Part shown: positions 48,401 to 57,922 of the stretch, piece after piece
Numbering within the stretch: the first letter of the stretch is position 1
Layout of the letters: every line of letters starts with the position of its first letter
DNA from: an uncultured PS1 clade bacterium
GTDB taxonomy: Bacteria; Pseudomonadota; Alphaproteobacteria; MED-G09
Direction: 5' to 3'
NCBI GenBank assembly: GCA_902537725.1
Contig: CACBCD010000003.1
Span: forward strand, 24,441-88,440
Length of the DNA: 64,000 nucleotides
Made by a program: the position numbers and the translations under genes
Notes under the pieces: model-generated
The model's input: only the letters and a program-made list of their open reading frames with translations
Database searches by the model: none
What the model was told of the DNA's origin: nothing

Positions 48401-49124
48401 CTTCAAAACCATTTTCTTTAATTATATTCAAAACACGTTCGGTATAATTTTTATTAACAAATGGACCCAATAACACTTTGTGTCCCAATTGACTTTTATC
48501 AATTCTAATTTTAGCTAGATTTTTAACCTGAGATATAATGTTATCTATATTATTAACATCAGAAAAAATACCTATTCTTACAAAATAAAATCCCTTATCA
48601 TTTTTAATATTTTTTGTAAGTTTTTGTTTAACAATTTTTCCATTTTTATCATAAATTTTAGCCCTACCATAATATTCAACAATAACATTGGCTGTACCTT
48701 TTTTTTGAAAGCCAAGAATAGATGCAGCTTTTTTTGAAACATCAATAATTCTATTTTTTACAAAAGGTCCTCTATCATTAACTCTAAGAATTAATGACCT
48801 ATTATTTTCAATATTTGTGACTCTAACGAGTGACGGTAATTGTAAAGTTTTATGTGCAGCTGTGAGTAAATTCATATCAAAAACCTCTCCATTTGCTGTC
48901 TTTTTTTTATGAAAGTTTGGTCCATACCATGAAGCAACCCCTCTCTCTTTATAATCAAAACTTTCTTCTGGATAAAATGTTCTACCCTCGATTTGATATG
49001 GTTTTCCAATTTTATATTCCCCGCCTGAAAAAGGAGATTTTTTATGAGGATAATAACTAGTATTAGGTGAGCAAGAGGAGATAATTAAAAAAAATACTAT
49101 AGGTAAAAATTTCAAATTGCACAT
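48375..49124 (-). CDS. rlpA: Septal ring lytic transglycosylase RlpA with SPOR domain
   Basis: Lipoprotein-like ISSC; [18 protein letters not shown] and RVNDRGPF motifs. Confidence 0.93.
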   Translation of the reverse strand: MCNLKFLPIVFFLIISSCSPNTSYYPHKKSPFSGGEYKIGKPYQIEGRTFYPEESFDYKERGVASWYGPNFHKKKTANGEVFDMNLLTAAHKTLQLPSLVRVTNIENNRSLILRVNDRGPFVKNRIIDVSKKAASILGFQKKGTANVIVEYYGRAKIYDKNGKIVKQKLTKNIKNDKGFYFVRIGIFSDVNNIDNIISQVKNLAKIRIDKSQLGHKVLLGPFVNKNYTERVLNIIKENGFEDAIIEKIK

Positions 49125-49196
49125 TTTTTTATGATATCAAGATTCGCTATTCACAAAACTATCAGAATAATTAGAATATTATTTCTAGGAGGATTT

Positions 49197-50177
49197 ATGC
49201 AAAGAAATTTCGAGCAAGTAAAAATAAATGAAATTGAAATCAATACCCTTGTTGAGGGTGATGGTAAACCAGTTATTTTCGTTCATGGCTGGCCAGAAAG
49301 CTGGTATAGCTGGAGAAACCAAATAGAGCCATTTAAAAAAGCAGGTTATAAAGTAATAATACCTGATATTCGAGGATATGGCAGATCAAGCAATCCAAAA
49401 GAAGTTGAAAAATATACTTTAAAAGAAATTACAAAAGACCTTATTGGTATTTTAGATTTTTTAAATGAAGAAAATGCCCATATTATTGGCCACGATTGGG
49501 GAGCTCCTATTAGTTGTTACACTTCTTTGCTATACCCAGAGAGAATAAATTCTGTTTCAGGATTATCTGTACCATTTAATCCTTTTATTAATATACCGCC
49601 AACAGAAATATTCAAACAATTATATAAAAATGATTTTTTTTATATCTTGTATTTCCAAAAATATGGTGTGGCTGAAAAAGAGCTTGAGTTTGATTTAAAC
49701 AAATCATTAAAACAAATTTATTGTAACTCTGATTTTGTTGGTATGAAAAAAAGGATAAAGTTATTATCTGAGGGAAGTTCTAAGAAAAAAGATAAAAATT
49801 CATCTTTTCTTGAAAATGAGGATATTCCTGAAAATTTACCAAACTGGCTTTCTCAAGGAGATCTTAATTATTTTGTAAAAGAATTTGAAAATAGCGGTAT
49901 GACTGGTCCATTAAATCGTTATAGATGTATGGATTTAGACTGGAAAGAATTAAAAGATTTATCATTAAATAAAATTACTAAACCAGCATGTTTTATTACT
50001 GGAGATTTAGATCCAGTTAATTTCTTTATACCTGATGTAAATTTATTCGAGTCTATTGGTGAAAATTATACAGATTTAAGAAAAAAAGAAATAATTGAGA
50101 ATGTTGGACATTGGACACAACAAGAAGCACCAGATAAAGTAAATAAAATTTTATTAGACTTTTTGGGAAAAATATAA
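49197..50177 (+). CDS. Epoxide hydrolase-like alpha/beta hydrolase
   Basis: HGWPESWYSW, GHDWGA (Asp nucleophile) and GHWTQQE motifs; AGGAGG RBS before the ATG at 49197. Confidence 0.88.
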   Translation: MQRNFEQVKINEIEINTLVEGDGKPVIFVHGWPESWYSWRNQIEPFKKAGYKVIIPDIRGYGRSSNPKEVEKYTLKEITKDLIGILDFLNEENAHIIGHDWGAPISCYTSLLYPERINSVSGLSVPFNPFINIPPTEIFKQLYKNDFFYILYFQKYGVAEKELEFDLNKSLKQIYCNSDFVGMKKRIKLLSEGSSKKKDKNSSFLENEDIPENLPNWLSQGDLNYFVKEFENSGMTGPLNRYRCMDLDWKELKDLSLNKITKPACFITGDLDPVNFFIPDVNLFESIGENYTDLRKKEIIENVGHWTQQEAPDKVNKILLDFLGKI

Positions 50178-50202
50178 ATACATACTGTTTAGAAAACCCT
50201 GC

Positions 50203-50292
50203 GGAGGGGTGGCCGAGTGGTTGAAGGCACCGGTCTTGAAAACCGGCAGGCGGGCAACCGTCTCGGGGGTTCGAATCCCTCCCCCTCCGCCA
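50203..50292 (+). tRNA. tRNA-Ser(TGA)
   Basis: GGAGGGGTGGCCGAGTGG...CCGGT-CT-TGA-AA-ACCGG...GGTTCGAATCC...CCCCTCCGCCA. Confidence 0.97.
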
Positions 50293-50333
50293 TTGGAAAA
50301 ATATATAAACTTAAATTAAGAAAAAAATGATTT

Positions 50334-50720
50334 CTAATATTTAAAAATTTTGAAAGTAGCTGAAGCTCTAGCAACTTCATTACTGTCAATATCCCAAATA
50401 TTTGCCTCAGAAAAACCTACACTTCTTCCGACCTTAACAACCCTACCCTCACCGATGAATTTTCCTTTTTTAGCCGGTGATAAAAATATTGTTTTTAACT
50501 CTAGTGTTACGTGATGCTTGTCATGTACAGTATGAAGAGCATGGCCACATAATCCATCAAGCATAGTTGAGATAAACCCACCCATAATAAAATTACGTCT
50601 ATTTGTAAATTTTCCATCAAGTTCATAGGAATGCTTTACGAATCCTTCTTTAATTTCTAGATGAACTCTATTTAAAATTTTACCAGCCTCAGGCATAAAC
50701 TCTCTTTGATTGGCAATCAT
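50334..50720 (-). CDS. PaaI family (hotdog-fold) thioesterase
   Basis: FTN..NFIMGGFISTMLD, TLELKTIFLSPA and GRVVKVGRSVGF motifs. Confidence 0.85.
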   Translation of the reverse strand: MIANQREFMPEAGKILNRVHLEIKEGFVKHSYELDGKFTNRRNFIMGGFISTMLDGLCGHALHTVHDKHHVTLELKTIFLSPAKKGKFIGEGRVVKVGRSVGFSEANIWDIDSNEVARASATFKIFKY

Positions 50721-50879
50721 TTATATTAATTCCTCTAAATCCTTTGATGTAAAAATTTTAATTTTTTCATATTCTTCATTCCTAACAAGTTTTGCCCAAT
50801 CTGGATTAGAAATCAATGCCCTTTCCATTGCAACAAAATTATATTCATGATTATACAGACTTTCTAAAAATTTGTTCAT
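50721..50879 (-). pseudogene. 52-aa C-terminal remnant of an NADH:flavin oxidoreductase (Old Yellow Enzyme family)
   Basis: Manual translation MNKFLESLYNHEYNFVAMERALISNPDWAKLVRNEEYEKIKIFTSKDLEELI*; resembles the OYE tail FDLVAVGRALIxNPDW; frame closed upstream by TGA at 50892-50894. Confidence 0.6.
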
Positions 50880-51023
50880 TTTTCGATTGCCTCATGATTA
50901 GATTATTAGAATCGAATTATTTTATATTTATATATTTTAATATTATAAAATTTTGATAAAATTTTTAAAAAACATCTTGAAGATTGATAATTAACTATTA
51001 TCTTCAAAATATGGAGTAAAATA

Positions 51024-51350
51024 ATGGAACGTGATGCAAAATTTAAAATTGGCGAAATCGTGAAACATAAATTCTTATCTTTTAGAGGTGTTATTTTTGA
51101 TGTAGATCCAACTTTTAATAATACTGATGAATGGTGGTTATCAATACCAGAAGAAATTAGACCAAAAAAAGATCAACCATTTTATCATTTGCTTGCGGAA
51201 AATGATGTAACGGAATATGTTGCTTATGTTTCTGAACAAAATTTATTATATGATATAAATAAAGACCCTGTAAGACACCCTCAAGTAGATGAACTTTTTA
51301 GCGAATATAAAGATGGTTCTTATCTTATGTCACAAGAAAGAATGCATTAA
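51024..51350 (+). CDS. hspQ: Heat shock protein HspQ
   Basis: AKFKIGEIVKHK..FRGVIFDVDP, DQPFYHLLAEN and AYVSEQNL motifs. Confidence 0.93.
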   Translation: MERDAKFKIGEIVKHKFLSFRGVIFDVDPTFNNTDEWWLSIPEEIRPKKDQPFYHLLAENDVTEYVAYVSEQNLLYDINKDPVRHPQVDELFSEYKDGSYLMSQERMH

Positions 51351-51355
51351 TAATT

Positions 51356-52075
51356 TTGCAAAAAGATAACCGTCCCTACTTTGTTCGTTTATTAGTTGAA
51401 AACTTCTACAAATTCTGGTCAAGGCACTTCTTAATTCCTCAGTTTAAGAGAGTGGGTAAAAATTTAGATGTAAATAAACCATGGAATATTGATGTATATG
51501 GGAACAACATCTCTATTGGCGAAAATGTACATATTAGAACATCAAAAAATTTAATTACTCAACTATGCTCATGGAATAAAAATAATTGCGATGGAGTAAT
51601 AAAAATTGGTGATAATGTTCTTATATCACCTGGTGTAAGAATAATTTCAGCTAAAGAAATAATAATCAAATCAAATGTTATGATAGCAAGTAATGTATAT
51701 ATATCAGACTCAGATTGGCATGGAATTTATGATAGAGTAAATACCCCAGGATTAAGTCAAAATATAACTATAGAAGAAAATTCATGGATAGGAGAAGGAT
51801 CTAAAATATCAAAAGGCGTAAAGATTGGAAAGAACTCTATAATAGGTTTAGGTTCAGTTGTTACCTCAAATGTTCCAGACAATGAAATATTTGGAGGAAA
51901 TCCTGCAAAAAAAATTGGTGAGATTGATAAAAATAAAAAAATAAGAAAAAGAGAGGATTTATTTTTAAACAATGATTACAATAAGTTAATGAAGTTTCTT
52001 ATAAAAGAAGATTTAAAAGAAAATAACTTCTTTGCGTGGCTAAGAGTCTTATTTTTTCCTAAAAAAGGTGATTAG
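51356..52075 (+). CDS. Hexapeptide-repeat (left-handed beta-helix) acyltransferase
   Basis: IGDNVLISPGV, ISDSDWHG, WIGEG..GVKIGKNSIIG and FGGNPAK motifs; TTG start. Confidence 0.85.
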   Translation: MQKDNRPYFVRLLVENFYKFWSRHFLIPQFKRVGKNLDVNKPWNIDVYGNNISIGENVHIRTSKNLITQLCSWNKNNCDGVIKIGDNVLISPGVRIISAKEIIIKSNVMIASNVYISDSDWHGIYDRVNTPGLSQNITIEENSWIGEGSKISKGVKIGKNSIIGLGSVVTSNVPDNEIFGGNPAKKIGEIDKNKKIRKREDLFLNNDYNKLMKFLIKEDLKENNFFAWLRVLFFPKKGD

Positions 52076-52089
52076 TTTTAATTAATTCA

Positions 52090-53172
52090 TTAATCCCAGT
52101 CTGATAAAATATCCTCAACATTTGAAATATTTAAGGGTGGTGGACCTTGAATTTGAGAGGGAGTTCTTGAAAATCTTGGTGCTACATTTGGCTGAATAAC
52201 TCCCTCATAATCAACAAAAGTTTCTCTTGCTTTATTATGAGGATGATTTGGAGCTTCCTTCATACTCAAAACTGGTGCAAAACAGATATCAGTTCCTTCC
52301 ATTATTGAGCACCAATCATCTCTAGTTTTTTTCTTAAAAGCCTCAATTAGTTTAATTTGTAAATCATCCCATAGATTTTTGTTCATTTGATCCAAGAAAT
52401 CCTTATCTTCTATTTCGAGCTTTTCCAATAATAAAGAATAAAATTGAGGTTCAATTGACCCTATTGAAATAAATTTATTATCCTTTGTTTCATATACATT
52501 ATAAAAATGTGCTCCTGAGTCTAATAAATTATCCCCTCTCTCTTCCTGCCAGATCCCTGAACTTAAAAAACCATAAAACATTGTCATTAATGATGCGGAA
52601 CCATCTGTCATAGCACAATCAACAACCTGACCTTCTCCAGATTTTTGAGCCTCAAATAAAGCAGCTATTATACCCACAGCTAAGTACAAGGCACCTCCCC
52701 CAAAATCACCAACTAAATTAAGAGGGGGAACTGGTTTCTCATTCTTTCTTCCAATTGAATGAAGTGCTCCGGTTAACGCAATGTAATTTATATCATGTCC
52801 AGCAGCTTGAGATAAAGAGCCAATTTGCCCCCATCCGGTCATTCTTCCATAAACCAACTTAGGGTTAATTTTTAAACAATCTTCTGGTCCTAGACCAAGT
52901 CTCTCCATTACTCCTGGTCTAAACCCTTCTTGAATAATATCTGACTTCTTTATTAGTTCTAAACAAACTTTAATGTCATCTGAGTCTTTTAAATTTAATT
53001 TTATTGATCTTTTTCCCCTCGCTTCAATTACATGCTTTGAGGAACCTTTATCATTTCTATCAATTCTTACTACATCTGCACCCATATCTGATAGGAGCAT
53101 TCCACAAAATGGTCCGGGTCCTATTCCTGCAAATTCAATCACTTTAACACCTGATAATGGTCCTTTTTTCAT
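52090..53172 (-). CDS. CaiB/BaiF family CoA-transferase, alpha-methylacyl-CoA racemase-like
   Basis: GIGPGPFCGMLLSDMGADV, EGFRPGVMERLGLGP, GHDINYIA and NLVGDFGGG motifs. Confidence 0.88.
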   Translation of the reverse strand: MKKGPLSGVKVIEFAGIGPGPFCGMLLSDMGADVVRIDRNDKGSSKHVIEARGKRSIKLNLKDSDDIKVCLELIKKSDIIQEGFRPGVMERLGLGPEDCLKINPKLVYGRMTGWGQIGSLSQAAGHDINYIALTGALHSIGRKNEKPVPPLNLVGDFGGGALYLAVGIIAALFEAQKSGEGQVVDCAMTDGSASLMTMFYGFLSSGIWQEERGDNLLDSGAHFYNVYETKDNKFISIGSIEPQFYSLLLEKLEIEDKDFLDQMNKNLWDDLQIKLIEAFKKKTRDDWCSIMEGTDICFAPVLSMKEAPNHPHNKARETFVDYEGVIQPNVAPRFSRTPSQIQGPPPLNISNVEDILSDWD

Positions 53173-53192
53173 AATTTAACCTCAAAAATAAA

Positions 53193-54623
53193 TTATTCCT
53201 TATCATTTAACTTTAAATCAATGCTTAAGTCACCGATTTTTTTTCTTAATGTATTTCTGTTTAGACCAAGAATTTCAGATGCTTTTAATTGATTTCCATT
53301 TGTGAAGTTTAAAATATTTTCAATTATTGATTTTTCTACTTTTTCAATTATGGCTGGATAAATATTTTTACTATTATCATTCAATAATTTTTCTCGATTT
53401 CTATCGAAATACTGATCGATTAAACTTGATAAGCTTAATTCAATTATATTTTTACTTTCATCTCTCAATTGTTCAAGCTCATATATAATAATTTCCTTAT
53501 TCAGTAAATCTTCAGAATAAAGAGCTGATATTCTCAAAATAAAATTTTCTAACTCTCTAACATTACCCGGCCATTTATAAGACTTCATTTTATCAATAGC
53601 GTCATTATCAATCTTTTTAAGCGGTAGCCCTGATTTCTCAGCTTTAATCAAAAAATGTTCTATAAGTTCAGGTAAATCTTCAATTCTATCTCTTAAAGGC
53701 GGTGTGTCTATAGGAACAACATTCAGTCTATAGTAAAGATCTTCTCTAAAAATACCTAAATCTATTAACTTTTTTAAATCCTTATTAGTTGCAGCAATAA
53801 TCCTAACATCAACCTCTATTTTTTCTTTTCCACCTACAGATGTGTACTCACCCTCTTGTAAAACTCGCAATAGTCTAGTTTGAGCATCCAAAGGCATATC
53901 ACCAATTTCATCTAAGAAAAGTGTTCCTTTTTCGGCCTGCTTAAACTTTCCATCGCTCTTTTGGTGTGCTCCAGTAAAAGACCCTTTCTCATGACCAAAT
54001 AATTCACTCTCGATCAAATCTTTTGGAATAGCGGCCATATTAACAGCAATAAAAGGATTATCTGATCTTTTACCAAACATATGAAGAGCCTTGGCAACAA
54101 GTTCTTTTCCTGTACCACTCTCACCATAAATAGTAACTGTAAGGTCATTTTGTGATAATCTACCAATAACCCTATACATTTCCTGCATAATTTTAGAACT
54201 ACCAATAATTAAGTCATTATTTTTTTTTCTAATTAATGATTGACCTTTTTCTTTAGGTTTAGTCTGAATAGCTTTTAAAACAAGATTGCTTAAATCATTT
54301 AAATCAAATGGTTTTGGTAAATATTCAAATGCACCTTTTTCAACTGAGGAAATTGCTGTTTGAAGGTTATTTCTCGCGCTAACCACTATTATTGGAAGAT
54401 TTGGCCTAAGCTCTTTAATCTGAGGAATTATTTCAAAAGACTCACCATCTGGAAGCATCACATCAGTAATAAGAACATCACCTTCGCCGCTCTCGACCAT
54501 TTTCCATAATTTCTTAATTGTTTTTGAAGTTTTAACAATGTACCCCTCACTTGATAAAAAATCTGAGGTTACTAATTGAACTGACTCATCATCCTCCAAT
54601 AATAAAACTACTTTTTGTGCCAT
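53193..54623 (-). CDS. ntrC: Nitrogen regulation response regulator NtrC
   Basis: Receiver (EDD, TDVMLP, YLPKPFDL); AAA+ GESGTGKE, ELFGHEKGSFTGA, WPGNVREL; HTH GNQLKASEILGLNRNTLRKK; AGGTG RBS before the ATG at 54623. Confidence 0.93.
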   Translation of the reverse strand: MAQKVVLLLEDDESVQLVTSDFLSSEGYIVKTSKTIKKLWKMVESGEGDVLITDVMLPDGESFEIIPQIKELRPNLPIIVVSARNNLQTAISSVEKGAFEYLPKPFDLNDLSNLVLKAIQTKPKEKGQSLIRKKNNDLIIGSSKIMQEMYRVIGRLSQNDLTVTIYGESGTGKELVAKALHMFGKRSDNPFIAVNMAAIPKDLIESELFGHEKGSFTGAHQKSDGKFKQAEKGTLFLDEIGDMPLDAQTRLLRVLQEGEYTSVGGKEKIEVDVRIIAATNKDLKKLIDLGIFREDLYYRLNVVPIDTPPLRDRIEDLPELIEHFLIKAEKSGLPLKKIDNDAIDKMKSYKWPGNVRELENFILRISALYSEDLLNKEIIIYELEQLRDESKNIIELSLSSLIDQYFDRNREKLLNDNSKNIYPAIIEKVEKSIIENILNFTNGNQLKASEILGLNRNTLRKKIGDLSIDLKLNDKE

Positions 54624-54626
54624 CAC

Positions 54627-55712
54627 CTACCCCACTGATGCTAAATTTATTGTGAAAATAGTACCTTCTGAATTTGTTTCAAAATTAATAATACCGTCAT
54701 GATCGTTAATAATTTTAGCAACCATTGCCAAACCAAGACCGCCCTTTGAAGATTGTTTTGAAGAGACAAATGGTTCGAAAATATTTTTTTGAAATTGTTC
54801 AGGTATACCACATCCATTATCTTTAATTTTAATTTCAATGGGTAGATTCTTCCTTTCGCCTGAAAAAAATCCCTTAACAATCGACCCATGTCTATATGAT
54901 GTGTAAATTTCTATAAAACCTTTATAATTTTTATCTACTAAAAGATTATTTTGAATTGCTTCACATGAATTTGTCATTAAATTTAAAAAAACCTGAATTA
55001 ATTGATCTTTATTACCCATTACCTGAGGAATAGATGGATCAAAATACTCTCTAATATCTATATCAATTTTTTGAGAATTTTTTAATACATCACATGTATG
55101 ACGAATAACTGAATGAATATTTAAAGAATTTAAGTTATCAAGTGGAACATTATCAAAAACCTCAATGTTTTCTACAAGACCCCTAATTCTATCAACCTCA
55201 GTACAAATAAGATTTATTAATTTCTTATCTTCAAAGCCTTTTCTTTCAATAAGCTGGGCCGCTCCTCTAATTCCTGCAAGAGGATTTTTTACCTCGTGAG
55301 CAAGCATTGAACCAAGATAGGACATAGTTTTTCCTGAAGAGTTTTTATTTGCAGATAAAAAATCTTTTTCAAAATTATTTTCTATGAAAAGAATCATTAT
55401 TTCATCTTCAGAAATAGGAGTAATTTGAACATTAATTGCTTTTTTTTGACCAATTCTTGGGTTACTTAAATCTAGACCATATTCATTAAATCCAGAATTT
55501 TCATCGATACATTTATCAATTAAATTGATAATTGGTGATGAGAATGGCATGAAATCTCTAATATCTTTTCCAACCACCATTTTAGAACTTGTTTTAAAAA
55601 AATCTTCACCGGAAATATTTATAATGGTAATTTTTTTCTGCAAGTTTATAATAACCAATGGAAAGGTCATCGAGTTTACAATTTGATAGTATGTATCAGT
55701 TTGTATATTCAT
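54627..55712 (-). CDS. ntrB: Nitrogen regulation histidine kinase NtrB
   Basis: PAS domain; H-box LAHEVKNPLAGIRGAAQL; QVFLNL, DNGCG and GGLGLA motifs; no TM helices. Confidence 0.92.
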   Translation of the reverse strand: MNIQTDTYYQIVNSMTFPLVIINLQKKITIINISGEDFFKTSSKMVVGKDIRDFMPFSSPIINLIDKCIDENSGFNEYGLDLSNPRIGQKKAINVQITPISEDEIMILFIENNFEKDFLSANKNSSGKTMSYLGSMLAHEVKNPLAGIRGAAQLIERKGFEDKKLINLICTEVDRIRGLVENIEVFDNVPLDNLNSLNIHSVIRHTCDVLKNSQKIDIDIREYFDPSIPQVMGNKDQLIQVFLNLMTNSCEAIQNNLLVDKNYKGFIEIYTSYRHGSIVKGFFSGERKNLPIEIKIKDNGCGIPEQFQKNIFEPFVSSKQSSKGGLGLAMVAKIINDHDGIINFETNSEGTIFTINLASVG

Positions 55713-55719
55713 GTAAATT

Positions 55720-55764
55720 TGCCTATTTTTTGTGCAACTATATTATATGCCTATTAATTAGGCA
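55720..55764. promoter_or_regulatory. Two tandem NtrC-binding-site-like palindromes flanking a TATAAT
   Basis: TGCCT-N7-GTGCA (55720-55736) and TGCCT-N7-AGGCA (55748-55764); minus-strand TATAAT at 55742-55747 points at ntrB. Confidence 0.65.
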
Positions 55765-55800
55765 AATATCTTTTAAAAAACTAACTTTGAGTCTAATTTT

Positions 55801-56979
55801 ATGGTCCATTTTTTAATATTAGCTGCCGGTAAAGGCGAGAGAGCAAAAAAAGTTAGTAATAATTCACCAAAGCAGTATGTTGAATTCAATAATATATCAC
55901 CTTTAAGATACTTATTAAAAAAAATTACTAAAATTAGAGAAATCTCTTCAATTACAGTAGTCATTTCTAAGGATAATCTAAGAGAATATAAAAGAGATAT
56001 TAGAGGTATTAAGAACTTACGAAAGTATATTTTAGGCGGGAAAACAAGGGAAGAGTCATCATTTAAAGGCCTGGAAAGCCTAAAAAATGAATTTGGAAAT
56101 AAATCAAATCAAAAAGTCTTAATTCATGATGCAGCAAGACCATTTATTCCAAAAAAAATTATTATTCAAAGTATTAAAAGTTTAGAAAAATATAATGCTA
56201 CATGTCCATATATAAAAAATGAAGATACAATTAAATCAATTAGTTATGAAAATAAACTTAATCATATTAATAGAAATAAAATAATTTCACTTCAGACTCC
56301 TCAGGGCTTTGATCTTAACCAAATATTTAAATTACATTATGAAAATAGAAAAAGTAATAAAAAATATACCGACAATCTTTCATTATTAATTGATAAAGAA
56401 AAGCCTTTTAAACTTATAAAAGGTTCTAAAAGAAATTTTAAAATAACAACATATGATGATCTATTGCTTTTTAAAGATATAATCTCAAGCAAGAAAAGAA
56501 AACTTGTTGGAATTGGATTTGATATTCATGCCTTTACAGAAGGCAATGAATTAATACTAGGAGGAGTAAAATTAAAGTCTAAATATAAATTATTAGCTCA
56601 CTCAGATGGAGATGTTCTCCTTCACTCAATAACTGATGCTATTTTAGGCGCTAAAAGTAAAAATGACATAGGTGCACATTTTCCAGCTTCAAATGATAAA
56701 TACAAAAATGCAAATTCAATATTATTTTTAAATAAAGCAATGAATTATATTGAGAAGAATAATGCGGAAATTATTAATCTAGACATAAATTTAATATGTG
56801 ATTATCCAAAAATTAACCCTATAAAATCAAAATTAAAAAAAAGTTTATCAAATTTGCTTGAAGTTGAAGTTGATAAAATAAATATTAAAGCCACTTCAAC
56901 TGAAGATCAGGGTTTTATAAATTTTAAAAATGGAATTGCTTCACAGGCAATAGTTTCAATAGAGTCGATTAATGAATAA
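55801..56979 (+). CDS. ispDF: Bifunctional IspD/IspF (MEP pathway)
   Basis: AAGKGER..PKQY, LIHDAARP and QTPQGF (IspD); GFDIHAF and HSDGDVLLHSITDAILG (IspF). Confidence 0.94.
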   Translation: MVHFLILAAGKGERAKKVSNNSPKQYVEFNNISPLRYLLKKITKIREISSITVVISKDNLREYKRDIRGIKNLRKYILGGKTREESSFKGLESLKNEFGNKSNQKVLIHDAARPFIPKKIIIQSIKSLEKYNATCPYIKNEDTIKSISYENKLNHINRNKIISLQTPQGFDLNQIFKLHYENRKSNKKYTDNLSLLIDKEKPFKLIKGSKRNFKITTYDDLLLFKDIISSKKRKLVGIGFDIHAFTEGNELILGGVKLKSKYKLLAHSDGDVLLHSITDAILGAKSKNDIGAHFPASNDKYKNANSILFLNKAMNYIEKNNAEIINLDINLICDYPKINPIKSKLKKSLSNLLEVEVDKINIKATSTEDQGFINFKNGIASQAIVSIESINE

Positions 56980-57433
56980 AAATAACCTAATATCTCTTTT
57001 CGTTACTTTTGGTTTTTTAGGTAAAGTAAAATATTTTCCAGGTACTATTGGTTCATTTGGAGGGCTTTTAGCTGGGGCTTCTATAATCAAAATATTGGGT
57101 CATAATATTTTTATATCATGCTTCTTTATTTTAACATTAATAAGTTTTTTTGCTGTTGAAGAGTATCTAAAATACTCTAAAAGTATAGATCCTCAGGAAG
57201 TGGTCATTGATGAAGTTTTAGGACAATGGATTGCAATTGCATTTATTCCATTTAATTTTAAAGCTTTTCTACTAGCTTTTATTTTATTTAGGTTTTTTGA
57301 TATATGTAAAGTATTTCCAGTAAATAAAATAGAAAAAATTAAAGGTTTTATTGGAGTCATTGGTGATGATTTACTTGCTGGAATTTATACAGCTATAATA
57401 ATAATAATACTTACAAGTTATGGGTTTGTTTAA
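56972..57433 (+). CDS. pgpA: Phosphatidylglycerophosphatase A
   Basis: FPGTIGS, DPQEVVIDEVLGQW, LFRFFDICK and GDDLLAG motifs. Confidence 0.93.
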   Translation: MNKNNLISLFVTFGFLGKVKYFPGTIGSFGGLLAGASIIKILGHNIFISCFFILTLISFFAVEEYLKYSKSIDPQEVVIDEVLGQWIAIAFIPFNFKAFLLAFILFRFFDICKVFPVNKIEKIKGFIGVIGDDLLAGIYTAIIIIILTSYGFV

Positions 57434-57921
57434 TGTATAGCGACGAAATAAATAAGTTATCAAAAAAAATAATTACTATTGGGGCGAAAAATAAAGTCCT
57501 TATTTCAACTGCAGAAAGCTGCACTGGTGGAATGATTGGTTCGGTAATAACAAGCGTACCTGGTTCATCATCTGTTTACGATAGAGGTTTTGTAACATAT
57601 TCAAATGAGTCAAAAGCAGAACTTTTAGATATAGATATTAATTTAATAAATAAGTATGGAGCTGTTTCAAAAGAAATTGCCGTTTTAATGGCAGAAGGAT
57701 GTTTAAAAAAATCATATTCAAACTTAACTGTATCAGTAACAGGAGTAGCTGGTCCCGGAGGAGGAACTTATGATAAACCCGTTGGCCTTGTTCATATGGC
57801 AATTGCAAGAGAAAATAGTGAGACAATTGATTTTAAATTTTTATTTGGTAACAAAAGCAGAGATGAAATTAGAGAATTAACAACATTAAATGCACTAAAG
57901 AAACTATTCGATAATTTCTAA
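57433..57921 (+). CDS. cinA: CinA C-terminal domain protein (NMN amidohydrolase PncC)
   Basis: TAESCTGG, PGSSSVY, YGAVS..MAEG and SVTGVAGPGGG motifs. Confidence 0.92.
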   Translation: MYSDEINKLSKKIITIGAKNKVLISTAESCTGGMIGSVITSVPGSSSVYDRGFVTYSNESKAELLDIDINLINKYGAVSKEIAVLMAEGCLKKSYSNLTVSVTGVAGPGGGTYDKPVGLVHMAIARENSETIDFKFLFGNKSRDEIRELTTLNALKKLFDNF

Positions 57922-57922
57922 A

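Noticed and set aside
50189-50389. 66-aa minus-strand ORF (MAEGEGFEPPRR...)
   Set aside because: Antisense translation of tRNA-Ser(TGA); a common false ORF.
53193-54623. GSFTGA instead of GAFTGA in NtrC
   Set aside because: Conservative variant keeping the FTGA core; no basis to infer loss of sigma54 activation.
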